NCBI GenBank assembly: GCA_010405405.1
Contig: MU004230.1
Location: 4,234,282 to 4,298,281, forward strand
Direction: 5' to 3'
From: Microthyrium microscopicum
Lineage: Eukaryota
Length of the DNA stretch: 64,000 nt
Shown: in pieces, positions 12,103 through 25,180 of the stretch
How positions within the stretch are numbered: position 1 is the first letter of the stretch
How the letters are laid out: each line of letters starts with the position of its first letter
Program-made: the position numbers and the translations under genes
The notes under the pieces: generated by a model
Databases searched by the model: none
What the model was told of the DNA's origin: nothing
Seen by the model: only the letters and a program-made list of their open reading frames with translations

Positions 12103-13603
12103 CTAGCTATTACTATTCTTCGGTGCACCAACCTCTTCAATTTTATCCTCTGAATGATCATTTCCTGGTCCACTTGCATGAGCAACGCCAGGAGCACTTC
12201 CTAATGCTACACCTTCACCAGTAGAACTCCCAGGTCTCTCAGCTCTCGTGGGCAACGGTGGCGTTGCGCTGTCATGCTCATGTGAATGAATTGCCTGTTG
12301 CAACTGCGCCTCTTCAAACTCGATCCTCTCCAACTCCAGCAATCTCGTCCGTCTCTGCTGCAACTTCTCTTGCTGCTTACGCATCTCATTCAAGTCGCCC
12401 TTTTCAAATGCCGGAGCCCAGCTCAGAGCACGCATTTGCCCGCTCGCCAGGCCACGCGACGGCCCATGACTAAAGTTCGGCGTCGCCCGTGGTTGTTGTG
12501 GCCCATAAAACTCTTTCATGTGAGCTGGTGAGACAGGCGTTATGGACACTGGCTGCGAATTGATGGGTTGCATGCCAGCTTTCTCGCTATCACTGGTTCC
12601 AGGCGGCTGATTGGGTAGCGGCTTTTCAAGAAAGGCGTCGACGGTGCTGGGTGGCTGCTCATCTGATTCTTCTTGTCTGCGCTTACGGCGGCTACGGGAG
12701 ATGCAGAAGAAGACGAGGAGACCGAGAAGAGAAAGAGTGAGGGGAACACCGAGACCGATGGCCAGTTTTGTGCTAAGAGGGAGGCCGCCATCGTCTGATG
12801 AAAAATCTCCGGAGGACGATGAAGCTGCGGACCCAGCTACCACGCTAGTGTAGCCCGAAGGTGTGACGCCAGGAGATAGGGGGTCAGTTGCGAGAAGGGA
12901 GAGATCAGAGGATGCCCAGCGTATTTGTATTGCGTAAGCCAAAGCAGTCGTCGTGTAATAGTCGTTGTATGTGTCGGTATAAGTTGCCGTATAGTAAGAA
13001 GTCACGCCGGGAGTGTAGTTGTATGTGTAAGTCTTGGTGCTCACGCTGGCGGTGGTCGTGGGCACGACGATAGAGGAGCAGTAGTCATAATTATAAGCAT
13101 AATTAGTCCCTACACCAGGGCTATAGCTATACCTATAAACTTGTTAAGAAAGCGTTCCGAATCTTGAGGTGTAGATTGGTCTTGAACTTACCCCGATGGA
13201 CAACATACGGTCGCGGTTTCTGTTTGCTCAATCGTTGGGCCAAATCCTAGTCCGGGTTGGCCAGCTGGAGTCCAGTTGGACGGACAGATGGCAGGCGAAT
13301 AATACCCAGCATAGTAGCGGTACGTGGAGAAATTAGGCGGCATGCATTGTGTATAAGTATACGGCTGATAGCTTGCGTTATTGCAGAGTGTATTAGAGGG
13401 AACGAATGGCGTGGTCAGCGGGCCTGCTGGATATGTGCCTGTTTGAGATCGTTAGAACAGGCTTTGATCGATGTACGGTTATAAAGCCACGACTTTTGCA
13501 TGATGAGATTTTAGAGCCAAAATCTCATAGGAGTCATAGAGGATGTTCAAAGCACAATAGAATGCTTACCATCATGAGCATAAGAGTAACTTGAGGTTAC
13601 CAT
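12103..13603 (-). CDS. Single-pass membrane protein with Cys-rich N-domain and Ser/Thr stalk
   Basis: ATG 13603; introns 13569-13439 and 13191 to ~13133 give MVTSSYSYAHDGTYPAGPLTTPFVPS..CMPP..YYSPAICPS..ETATVCCPSGYSY..AYAIQIRWASSDL. TM segment IGLGVPLTLSLLGLLVFFCI is followed by basic RSRRKRR. Confidence 0.75.
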
Positions 13604-14469
13604 GTGGTCCCCAGCTGCGTGTCAGCTATAACTGACGCGCAAAGAATAAAATGAGTGACTGTTGATCTGAACCTCGAAAGGAAAAGATTCGAGACGAGGA
13701 TCGAACTGAGGCACAACGTCAAGTCATCAGGGACACGATAGATATTTGAATTCGCTTAACAACCACAAAAAGCCTTTGCATTTCCAACGGCCCGTAAACA
13801 GCTACAAAAGTTAATCTTTAAATAGGATTGTGGACTCTGGTTGGTCAGGATTAGCCTGAGAGGCAAGAGAAGGATCGGATCTACAAGCCATTGCCTGCAT
13901 CGAGCAGTAAATGGGCGTAAATACTTCGAGATGATTGGGTAGGCGCCAATAACTGTAATTATCGGGAGCTTCCAAGACTTGCTAATTTCTAGGCAAAATC
14001 CTACTTAAGGGGAGAAGGACGGCTGGAAAATTAGAACCGCAACGTTCTGACTCTTCCTTCAGGCATCAGCTGCTTTGGCTATCCCCTTTTCGGCAACCGG
14101 TCACTTCACAGGTCACGATACATCTAATTCTGATGAGAGTGTACGAGTATTGCCTGAAAATGGGAGCTCGATTTCTAAGAACTTCATGGTCTCCTTACAT
14201 ACCGCAATTCAGGGGCATTTCACTCTCGTAAACAACATCAATATCTGCTGCGATAGCCAGCTCGGCACAATCACACCATACCTCCGGGATTCCAATTTGT
14301 GAACGTGCTCAAGAAAACAATGATATTGCGTTTTGAATGTACTTCGATGATACGTGCAATTGGAAATGGTAACAATCACATCCATTACCCTGGGAACTTC
14401 GCCTCAGCGCTATATCTTCACAACAAAGTCTCAGCACTTCACTGTATATTGATACCAGACCCGGAAATC

Positions 14470-16402
14470 TCAGCGCGATCGACGCACTTTGCGCTCCTTG
14501 GCCTCAATGGTGCGCTTGCTCATGCTGCTGTAGCCGTTGAGCATATCTCTACGCTCGAGCGCTGGGATACCAAATGGGCTGCTACCACTGCGCTTCTCTT
14601 TCTGGGCCTTATTATTCCAGAAAGCCTCAAGAGCTGCCTCAACCTTCTTAACATCAGCATAAGCGTTCTTGGCAGTGAAAAAGAACACTTTATCCTGAAT
14701 TGCCTGTTGGCTAAACGGTCCGGCACGAGCATTCAAGTCGCCCTGATTGAAAGGTACCGCACGATACTGTGGTTCCAGAGGATTGATGAACAGCTCAGTC
14801 TCATTGAGTCCAAGACCAGCGACTTGCGTGACGTTGAACTCCGCTAACATGTCATGATCTTCGTGGATAAGATTGTGACAATGGAACATGTACTGACCGG
14901 GCCAGGGAGCAAAGCGAGCCATGACCGTCACAGTCTCACCAGGGCCGAGCCAAACGACGTCTTGAAGAGCCACAGCCTCATACGGCAACACTGCGCGGTT
15001 GGAGTTGATACGCTGTATGACTTGGAAATCGATCAGATGGATGTGGATTGGATGACTCCATCCACCGCCGCCGTTTTTGAGCGTCCACTTCTCAATGGAG
15101 CCTCGTTGTGGTCGGCCAAGGACTCGCTCTGCTACGTCGGACCAGGTGACGCCGTTGATTTGCCATTCGCCGTTGCCACGAGCAAACTCAAAGGTACGAG
15201 TCGCCACAGAGTCAGGTGGTGGGAATGGAACGTCGCGAAGCTTAGCGGGGATGTTGTTGTTAGCGGTGCTGGTGACGATATTGCCAACGACGAAGCGCAT
15301 TACTCTGTCGGTGGCTTCAAAGTCAGAGTCTGCGCCGACACCTCGCTCGTTCATCATGGTGATGTTTTGTCCTGAAAAGCCAGCAAAGTCAATGACAACC
15401 TCCCATCGTTCAGCGATGGACATTGTGACCGTATCAATAGAAATTGGCTTGGCAAGAAGACCAGCATCTGCACCAATAACGGTAAAGTTGACTCTCTTGT
15501 TGTTCTGTTGGTTGGCCAGAAGATAAAGCTTGTAGGTGCGACTGACTCCCAGGTCAAGTAGCCGGAAGCGGTATTTGCGAGGCTCAACCTTCATGAACGG
15601 CCATGGTTGGCCGTTGACTTCAATTACGTCTCCGTAGACTGAAGTGACTTCCTTGTTGATTACTGGATCCCAGAGAGAGCCATCTTTGTTGTATCGGTGA
15701 GCACTGATGCCGAGCGGGATATCATAGTCTCCCTGAGGGATACCTGTGGCAAGCTCCTGGGCATCGTGCATGATGTAGAAGCCAGCTTGGCCAAAGTAAA
15801 CATTTTCGGCTGTAGCATGAACTGCATGATCCTATATAATAAGTCAGCATGTGTGTTCGGTGAATGATCTTGGAGTGTAACTCACATGGTACCACAATGT
15901 TCTAGCATTCTGTGAGTTTGGATAGTAGTAGTCTTTATACTCGCCAACGTTGATAGTGTCATCAGCATATCCGTCAAATGGAGAGCGAGAGTATGATCCG
16001 TGAAGATGGATCGATGTTGGTCGATCAGCATGATTGATATATCTGACAATGGATTCTCGGCCTTGAGTAATCTTGAATGTAGGACCTATGGAGGTTAGCT
16101 AAGAACAAGATAGTACTTGATGCAAGATACTTGCCGGGAAAGAGTCCATCGTACCCAACTAGACGAGTAGCGGGAAATTGAGGGTAGAACTTCTGGGTGA
16201 AAGGTTTGATATCAACTTCAAAGTAGTCGACCGGAAGCCCAGTCTGTGGGGAAGTGAATGTGAAGAGCGGCGTCTTCACAGGGGGGATAGGCAGTGCAAC
16301 AGAAAAGAATGCATTGGCAGGGTATTCAGGCGACTGCCATCCTCCTGCAGAAACGAGTGATAAAAATGCTGGTACAGCACATAAGGCTGAACGAATAGCC
16401 AT
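14470..16402 (-). CDS. Bilirubin oxidase-type multicopper oxidase (AA1), secreted
   Basis: Signal peptide; introns 16134-16086 (GC-AG) and 15885-15832; all four Cu motifs present: IHLHG, WYHDH, HPIHIHL, HCHNLIHEDHDM (axial Met). Confidence 0.93.
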
Positions 16403-18459
16403 GACTGTAAAAGATGATTTTGAAAAGAATGTGTGATATAGGTACCGGATTGATATCAGGAAAGAAAGACCATAATAATGAATGTTGTAAGTTGATGAAT
16501 GAGCTAGATGCTGAACATATGATCAATATGGTCCAGGTATAGAGCAGATCTTTATACAAGAAGACTTCGAAGAAACGGAAGGATCTAGATCTCGTGAACT
16601 ATGCCACTCGGAATAATGAGAAGCTATCATTCTCTGGCCTCCACCAGAAATTGGTCCATCGTTTTATGGCTGACAAGGCGACACCTGATGCCAATGGACA
16701 AACCGAGTCCTATTTGAAATAGTAGCAACCATGACCGCGTATAGGTACTTTGTTCACAAGAACGGTAGCATAGTCCAACATCTCCATCAACATTGTCATG
16801 ATCATTCGTATTTATATTCTTATGAAAGCACACTAGTTCTTGAACTGTTCCACGTAGGATAATATCATGATGCTTAGCTATGCCCAGAAAGCTTAACAGA
16901 CTTTGGCACTTCTGACCAACGACATCGAACGATTGTGTGAGGGTGATACTTGTAAGACAGGGTCAAAATCTACATAGTTGACTTTGAACTGATATCCACA
17001 CTCCTGAATCGAGAGAACATCTCCAGACGAGGCGCCATGTCATGGCTGGCTGATAGGTTGAGCAGTGTGTAGAGTGAGACGAGGAGGCTCAAATATACGG
17101 AGCCGAGCGATTTGGTAACGAACCGCTAGAAAATGCATAGAGCAGGAGTTCGTTTGTTCGTTAAAGATTTAAGGAACGTTCTATTTCTATTCGATCGTCC
17201 ATTCCAAGGTTCAATACCTGACTAGTCTGTTGTTCATGTTCCATATTTACTCTCATATCGAAAATCCGACAAAGTAAAATATGTTAGGCGCATGGCGAGA
17301 ATCAGTATGAACACGACCTCGCCCATGAATTCAGTCTACGCAAGAAGATTCAAAAAATCTCTGATATGTTGTCGAAGACACGATTTGAGCAGAGGGCGGG
17401 GCAGCAAAGACATTACAGTCAAATAGCCAATCAAAAGAATCAAGCGTCATGTTGTTATCAATCATAACCGGGACGACATGGTGCGTTAAGCTTAGAAGTG
17501 GGCATTTTCGAGAAAGCGATGCTCAAATACGGGCTCCTGAATGGAAATCCAACATCGGGACCTCGAAGATGCAAATATTAAGGAGATGAACGCCAAAGAG
17601 ATATCGCGATATATCTTTCAGACGATTTGAATGACAAAATCGGAACGCCTCATAGGCTCAGTGAAACCTCAGAGCTCTCGGCAAGGCTGGGCAAGGCTGG
17701 GCGAACATAGTTTCCGGACGGACAAGATCGAGTAAAGCTTATCAACCAATATTTTCCCAGGTTTTTGACATGCATAACACGGGTCCTCAAACCGAGCCGC
17801 ATCTTGAAGCCAAAGTCTAGATCCAAAGACTTTCAGATGCTCCATGTTTCCTCTCTCGCCTTTCCCCTTAATTTGCTAAGGTATGACAGGCTGTTTTTTT
17901 TGACCAAACAAACAGGGGACATTGCTCTTGCTGTCCATTGAATTCCGGTTTCGGTTTATTTGAAGATGAATTCGCTTGGAGTTGGTTTGTAGCAGTATGG
18001 CAGGGTATTCTTGCTTGTTTGTATGGATATGCCCATTATCAGCCTGATACCTTGCAACATCACTGAGATTTATTCAGCCTTTCGCGCCGTTTTCCTACCC
18101 TCACTCCCAGCGATTGCAATCTAAACAACTGTATTGAGATATATACGGCGTCTATTCCATAAAATCTGTTTTCAATTTTCTTTCAAGCTAGTCGCTCTCA
18201 GTCGTCAGGCCTATTCGAATGCTTTCTCCTGAGACCCAGGCCGCCCAGCCAATCTTTCAAAATATACCCTCCTGAAATGACCGCTTTGTCACGATAATAA
18301 TCACGCAAGAATAGATGGTTTGTTATTCTGCCTCATCATGACTTGCATTGAGCTAATATTGAGGTCCAGTGGAATAAAAGGTGAGGAATAAAACGATCCA
18401 TGGACTGGAGTACACTGCTGTAGCATCCAACAATGTACTTAGCACGCTAGGTATACACT

Positions 18460-19150
18460 CTAGGATCCATGTCCCCTCCAATTCGTTCCCTTGAAGTCTA
18501 TCTCCCCGGGTTCTCTTTGATGGAAGATACGGTCTGCCCTAGCAACGTCGAATATACCAGACTCGTTCGTGAACTTTTCCTTGCGACCCAGGTAGACTGG
18601 GTACATCATCTCTTCGTCCAGATAGAGGAGATGGAGCTGCACCTTCTCGGAGAGTTTGGTGTCAAATCGATATTCATACCACTCGTGCAGCTCTTTCGGG
18701 AGACTGCCGAATGATTCGTATTCGACTGGTACCAAATTAGCGCTATTCTCCGGTGGCCAGTACTGCGCTAATAGAATCCCATCTTTAGCACTACGTTCGT
18801 TGGCGATGAAAATCAAGTCTCTATCGACATAGTTGAGCTTCTTGCTCTAAGCTTCCAAAGCCCAATCGCGGCATTCTTGAACCGACGCCCCAAAGAGCTC
18901 AGTGATCATATCATCGTTGTCGTCCAGTGTGTCTCGCAATTTGCCTTTGTCGTTGTCTTCGGAGTCTGGCACTTTGTAAGAGTTGACAAATAGGCAGTTT
19001 GCAAAGCCGTTTTCGCGTCTGTTCGGGTATGGACCAGTGAGCATTTTTCGAGTAAGCTAGACCAGTGTTAGATTCCAAGACGTTACTCAATGATTCGAAC
19101 CATACCTGTTTAGCCTCCTCGCTGATACAGAACAATAAGACCCCAGTCAT
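18460..19150 (-). pseudogene. Hypothetical fungal protein gene with one in-frame TAG
   Basis: ATG 19150, canonical intron 19105-19057, then one continuous frame to 18460 interrupted only by TAG at 18849-18847 (..CRDWALEA*SKKLNYVDRDLIFIANERSAKDG..). Confidence 0.6.
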
Positions 19151-20216
19151 GATAAAAATACAAATCGTATTATTGGGACTCAATATTCCACCTGTCCAAG
19201 CTGGTTACAGAACTCGCGTTCATGAAATTTACTTTGATCTCAGACGTATGCGGCGGTAGAGTCTGAGATTGGAGCCATGTTGTAGATGTGACATCACTTT
19301 AAGCAGAGTTCCCTTCGCTTCAGGTTGAGCCTAACTTAAGGCACATTTAATGAATCCTGCAGGATTTTGGTAGCACTAGGAAGCATAGATTTCTTTGCAT
19401 GCATTTCTCATCATGTCCAGGAATTATCCATTTCTACTAGAATGAACTACAATGCAAGCTGATAGCAACATCAGCTTGAGAAGTGCTTTCACGAATATAG
19501 GTTGTCAAACTTAGGGAACTGGAAAACCGTCGTATCGTCAGAATGTCAAACAAAAGACTGATTCTTTTCTAAAGGTTTCTGTATATATAACTTTGTCATT
19601 GACAGCGACTGTCTTACTCTGTTCAGCCGATAGACAAAATAATTGGCGTGCCCACCGAGTTCGATGGCGCCCACACATCGCTCAGGCATCGAGTGCTATA
19701 TTTACCATTATAGGACGTTATGGCCCGGATACTGTATCGGATGCATGGAAAATATAAGACCTCTTCGTTCAAAGCGATCGTGGGAGGCCAGTGAAGGTGA
19801 TGGGAGAACGCCAGTTATTTTGTGATGTGGTTGTCTATTGTCTCGATACGCTAGACCCAAAGTAGGATGGCTCCACTACACAACTACCTCCTAAGTAATC
19901 AGCTGCTCAGGCCTCGGTCTTGATACTTCGTTGCCACTGTCAGGATGGTTGACTTCTTTCACTCGTTACTCTGTGACAGCTTGTCTTTGGTAGATCTACC
20001 GTTTGGTCAGCACTCTTACGCGATTCTCCAGATCCTGTGACGCGTTCAACTTCGTTGTAGTTGATCTCCAAGAAGCAGCAGCAGTTGGCCTAGTATTGAA
20101 TACCCGAGCGACTTCCGAGATCAAAACATATTACCTTCACAGCTTCCCAAACTGGCTGTATCTCCTTCTTACGTTTAGTTGTATTGCTCTCCGTAATCAA
20201 CTAGCTCCTTCGTATC

Positions 20217-21427
20217 ATGCCGGTCCCAAAATCAGACTACGTCAGTAACGTCTGGCGAGATGGCTTGTTTGGTATGATATAACATTTGATGTCTCTTTCT
20301 GTCTGATACTAATAACAATGTAGCCAACAAAGTAGTCTTTTGTACTGGTGGTGCGGGTACTATATGTAGTGCCCAAGTACGAGCTCTAGTACATCTCGGG
20401 GCTAATGCCTGCATTATTGGTCGCAATGTCGAAAAGACAGAATCCGTCGCAAAAGATATGGCCTCATGTCGACCAGGAGCAAAAGTTATTGGCATTGGTG
20501 CAGTTGACGTTAGATCTGTCAAAAGTCTAGAAGATGCAGTTGAAAGATGCGTAAAAGAGCTCGGTTCCATCGACTTTGTCATGTGAGACAACACTCGTTC
20601 GATCAACTTGGTATCCTGTACTAATTAGGAAATTAGCTGTGGAGCTGCAGGAAACTTCCTTGCACCCATCAGTCAACTCTCAGCGAATGCTTTCAAGGCA
20701 GTCATTGACATTGACTTGATTGGATCTTTCAATACGGTCAAGGCAACTCTCCCTTACGTTCGAGAATCCGCCCTGAAATACCAATCAGACGGCAAAACAT
20801 GTGAGTATTCGGCAACTAATCCCACAATGCTTGGAAGTGAACTAAGTAATTCAAGCAAACTCTGCTGGGACAGGCGGTAGATACATATTTGTCTCTGCCA
20901 CCTTGCATTATGCTGGTGTCCCATTACAAATACACGCCATGGCAGCGAAAGCTGGCGTAGACGCCATATCTTCAGGCATCTGCATAGAAGAAGGCCCCCG
21001 CGGTATCACATCCAACGTGATAGCCCCCGGCGGCATTGCAGACACCGAGGGCCTGGCAAGGCTATCAATGTCCGGAGGCTCTGGACGGCGAACTTCAGGC
21101 TCGCCCATCCCAGCGGGACGACCAGGCTATGTTAAGGAAATATCGGATGCGACAGTATACATATTTTCAGACGCCGGGAACTATGTCAATGGTTCGACAG
21201 TGGTTGGTAAGTGTTCAATCTCCTCGGCAAGCACTGCCTATCGTACCCGCCCACCTTTGCTTTCTAGTGTTACTGTTGTACAACGCTAACGGTTGTCATT
21301 TGCTATAGTTGATGGTGGGGCCTGGCGCACAATGGTTCAGCCGGGAGGTGATTTCAAATATCCCGACTTTCTGTTATCAGGTGATGAAGTCTCTGGCGTT
21401 AAAGGTGGGAAAAAGGCCAAGTTGTAA
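20217..21427 (+). CDS. SPS19: Peroxisomal 2,4-dienoyl-CoA reductase (SDR)
   Basis: Four introns; MPVPKSDYVSNVWRDGLFANKVVFCTGGAGTICSAQVRALV..GAAGNFLAPISQLSANAFKAVIDID..VVDGGAWR; C-terminal PTS1 -AKL. Confidence 0.92.
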
Positions 21428-24400
21428 CAACATCCTCAAGATGGAATGCGTATAGCCGGAATGTTGAGAGTTATTACATGACGTAGCAAAGACATGCTCA
21501 AACTGTACCACCACCTTTCGGGCAGTTCCAGCGGTTTGGGAACAAGAATCCTTTGATGAAGACTGATTGTTATGTTTCAGCTTTTCTCAGCTTTGTCGTG
21601 CAGTGACATTCCACAAATCAATGGCCTTGTATCTAGACCGCTACTTTAATTAGAAAGAATAGGGCGGCTGAAAGATATGAGCCTTTTGACATTGTTCAGC
21701 CAATGATATAAAAGAAATAAAGGTTTGGTGCGAGTTTTATAGATCTGATGTCACCTGGCTGGCCGCAGTACCTTTATAGGCAGTTACATTCACTGATATC
21801 CCACTAGTAGACGGAGTCGATATTAACGTTGCGACTGTATGACCAAACTACGTGCCATCGTTGTAACGTAAGACTTGATAGCTAGCGTTCAAGTCGTACT
21901 TTTTCCGAGCCTCTCTTATTAGACTTCTAGTACCTTCATACTAACCGCGCTGTGTGTATACAACGTACATCTCGATTCTTGTTCGGCCCTCGTATATCCC
22001 ACACTCATCTGTTTATCAAGGGTTCGGTGGAGCCTCAGAGTAGAAGCCGGTCGATCCCACAGCGACTTTCCGGAATGCCAATAACGTTACTTCAGATTCC
22101 CATGTCTCCGCATTCAAGCCGCAGGTCCATATAACCCCAACCAAAACCTATAAGAAGAGGGCATGGACCCTGATGCTTGTTTAGAAACCCATGTTCCCGC
22201 GTGCTCGAATACGCCAAAACTTGTTTCTAGCCTAGAGAACATGACGCACAGTCGTTGTTATTGGCCCTGTTCAGTCGGAAATTTCGCGATATCAAGCATT
22301 ATTGCGACTGGCTGAAGCCTGTCCAAAGAGTCTTGAGTCAAGTGACATGTATATTTACTGGGTATGTATCAATCGAGAAATTGAAGGAAAGTTGGCAGTC
22401 CAGAATTGGTAATCGTTGTTATTCTGATAATGTCGCTGGGGTCTACGTTTGGTTAGACTGCCTAGGCTGTGTATGTAAATCGTTATTCTGAGCAGAGACC
22501 ATCAAAGGCCACCTGGAGGAAAACTTTGATGGATCGACAGGAGACGGGTAATGAAATTAAAGATCGATGATCTCGCCCTACAATCGATTCTTTTCTTGAG
22601 CCCTACGAAAGAACAAAGGGTCCGAATTCCTATAAGAAGCATAATTCAAGTAGTCAAGCAAGCACGAAGGATCTCGCAAAGCTGACAGAAGGCGCGTGGT
22701 TTTGCCTGCTGTATCGGTATCGTTTGAAGGATGAACTTTGATGCCCAGGTAGCGTGATATAAGGACGGACATGGTTAAAGCCACTTCGACGTCATGCTAA
22801 TTTGACGAACTAAGGGGCTTTGGCATGGTCTCTCCCGCAGACGCAGAAGGCGCATTGGCGTCCACTCACACACTCCCCACGTCGTAAACAATCGATATGC
22901 AGGGGTGCCAAAGCGCCACAACTAGCGAATGTGGACTCTTTTCAACGGAGACTGACAGGTGGGGCCTGGGCGTTCACTTTGGCGTAACCTCATGGCCGCC
23001 AACCGCTCAGCCTGCCGAGACAGGTCTTTAGAGATCCAGATGGGATTCTACGGAAGCTGAACAACGCGAAAATAATGCGCGGAAGTGGTGGATTTGGTGT
23101 GTAGAGAACCAATGGCATGAAACACTTACAACACTATTTGAACTATTGCGTTTGAATGACAGTAGCGCTTGGATCAGCCACATCCGCATGGGTATTGCCA
23201 TCTTTCTATCGCGGGGCGAGATGGATTATGCCGACTGAAGTGGCAATTTGACAAGTCTTGACAAGGCTTGACTTTGTGAGCTGTTTTCCATGGAAGCTAG
23301 GGAGTTTCCAGAATGTTGGAATTGGATATTCGATTTGGTTTAAACCAAGATAAGGGGACGTCAGGCGCTCGGAATTTGACCACTTTGGTCAAGATATGTT
23401 TGGATTGTGCAAGGGAATTGTTAGACATTTTGGAAGGAGAGTTGTAAGGCCCAAGAATAGTTCTAGATATGGGATATTGTGAAACCAGCATGTTAAATGG
23501 AAAAGCAACACTAGCAAAACTATTCGTACAGAAGTCAAAAATGCATGCATTGCGGCGGCAACTTGCAGATATACATATGCGCTACACTGGTGCATTCTGC
23601 AAGGTGTGGCCCACCAGTTGGATAAGACTAACGGCATTGGATTTTTCGACTATGCTGAAGAATAAGGTCTCTGAAATGTGAAAAGCAAGATATTCTATGA
23701 AACTTGAAAGCAGCATGTTTCGGTTCTTCCATCTGGAATACAACGGATGAGAGATATGATGCTGTTCTTAAGGTGATATGGATCTGGGTAAATATTACAA
23801 CGGCCAAGCGGCTTAAAGATGCAAATCCTTGTTCACCTACTCCTCTTTTGGCACAAAGGATAATAGACCCCCTGTCCTGGCATTGTCACACTCAACATAA
23901 ACGCGAAAGTAGAGAACAGAGGCTTTGAACTGTTTGGTTTGTTTCGAAAAGGTAGATCGGCGGAGCACCTGTATCCATAGTATCCGAGGATCCCAGCGCC
24001 AAACGGGATGAGGTCGAAGCTCTTGCTTTTGCCTTGCTCGCACAGAGGAGGACCATCTAAGTCCCCTCTCTAATTGCACGACTGGGATGTACGGAAGGAG
24101 TAACAAAAGAGCCTTGCATCCAGATGGTTTGTCTTGCATTTCACTTTTTACCTTTGAGCCGCCGTGAGTTGTTACTACATCTTCCCACTTCTTCTCCTTC
24201 TTCTTCTTCTTTGTTTCCCTAATTCTATATTCACTTTCGCTTTAACCCTCAAGACCTGACTGGAAGTTAATCCTGGGATCGCCCTAACATTGAAAGTTAC
24301 GCTTCACTCGTTTCGTGGCACTCAGTCTTTTGGCGGACGGACGAGAAAGTGTCCGCGTTTCAGGCTCAATCGATACTTTGTAGCTCAAGCTTTCCAAAGC

Positions 24401-25180
24401 AGGAATAACCGCCCAAGCAAAGGTACAAAGCTGCGGAATAAATAAGGCAATTGTCTGCTCCCAGGGCTTTGGTGATTATTCTGTTGCAAAGGCGTAGAAT
24501 CAGCCCAGTCAGTGCCAGCGGGATAAGATTGCTCTCAGCATTCCTGCAATTTTCACCTGACAACCTGTACGCAACAAGGCGATCATCTGCTCCAGGCATT
24601 ATTGCAGTAATTTCAGCCAGCATCCATCCTTAATACAACGGGTACTGGTACTTTGAATCGATACTCCACTTGTTCAGCTGCTGTGGTTTCGGCTCATCGT
24701 CGTCGTCGTCGTCGTCAACTCAGGATCAGGATCCATCTCATCATCAAACCACCACCGCTTTCCCCCGCAGTGCAGGACTGAGGACGCCAACAGCTGCAGG
24801 TACCACCAACCTTTCCTATACCATTGGCCGCTCTTGCTGTATCCTGCATCACTCCTTCCTTCTTACATTGGATGCTCCTGGTGAGATAATTCATACATCT
24901 ATAACCGCCCATATAGGCAGGTGCCAGCCTTTCAAACTGCAGTCACAATCCACCACCCACCGGTAGCTGCTTCCTAATTCACTGGTCGCGCCTTCATTCT
25001 CTGGTGCCCGCACTTTTGTCATCATCAATCTCTTCAATCCTCACTTTTGTAGAGTGCCCATTCTACACTACACCAACATAGCCAACACTCCCTTCCCATA
25101 TCCTTTTCCCACCGCACCTCAACACGCCTTCGCCCTGGCCTCTCAACTGGACATACCGCATCGGCGGTCAAATTAGAAAC

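Noticed and set aside
13503..13528. 10-bp perfect stem (ATGAGATTTT/AAAATCTCAT) inside a 131-nt intron
   Set aside because: Too short to distinguish from chance, and no snoRNA box set is evident.
21430..25180. Long intergenic region with short repeats (TTGACAAG x2 near 23250; (TCG)n near 24700)
   Set aside because: Consistent with a long WSC promoter and leader; no gene, RNA or element could be supported.
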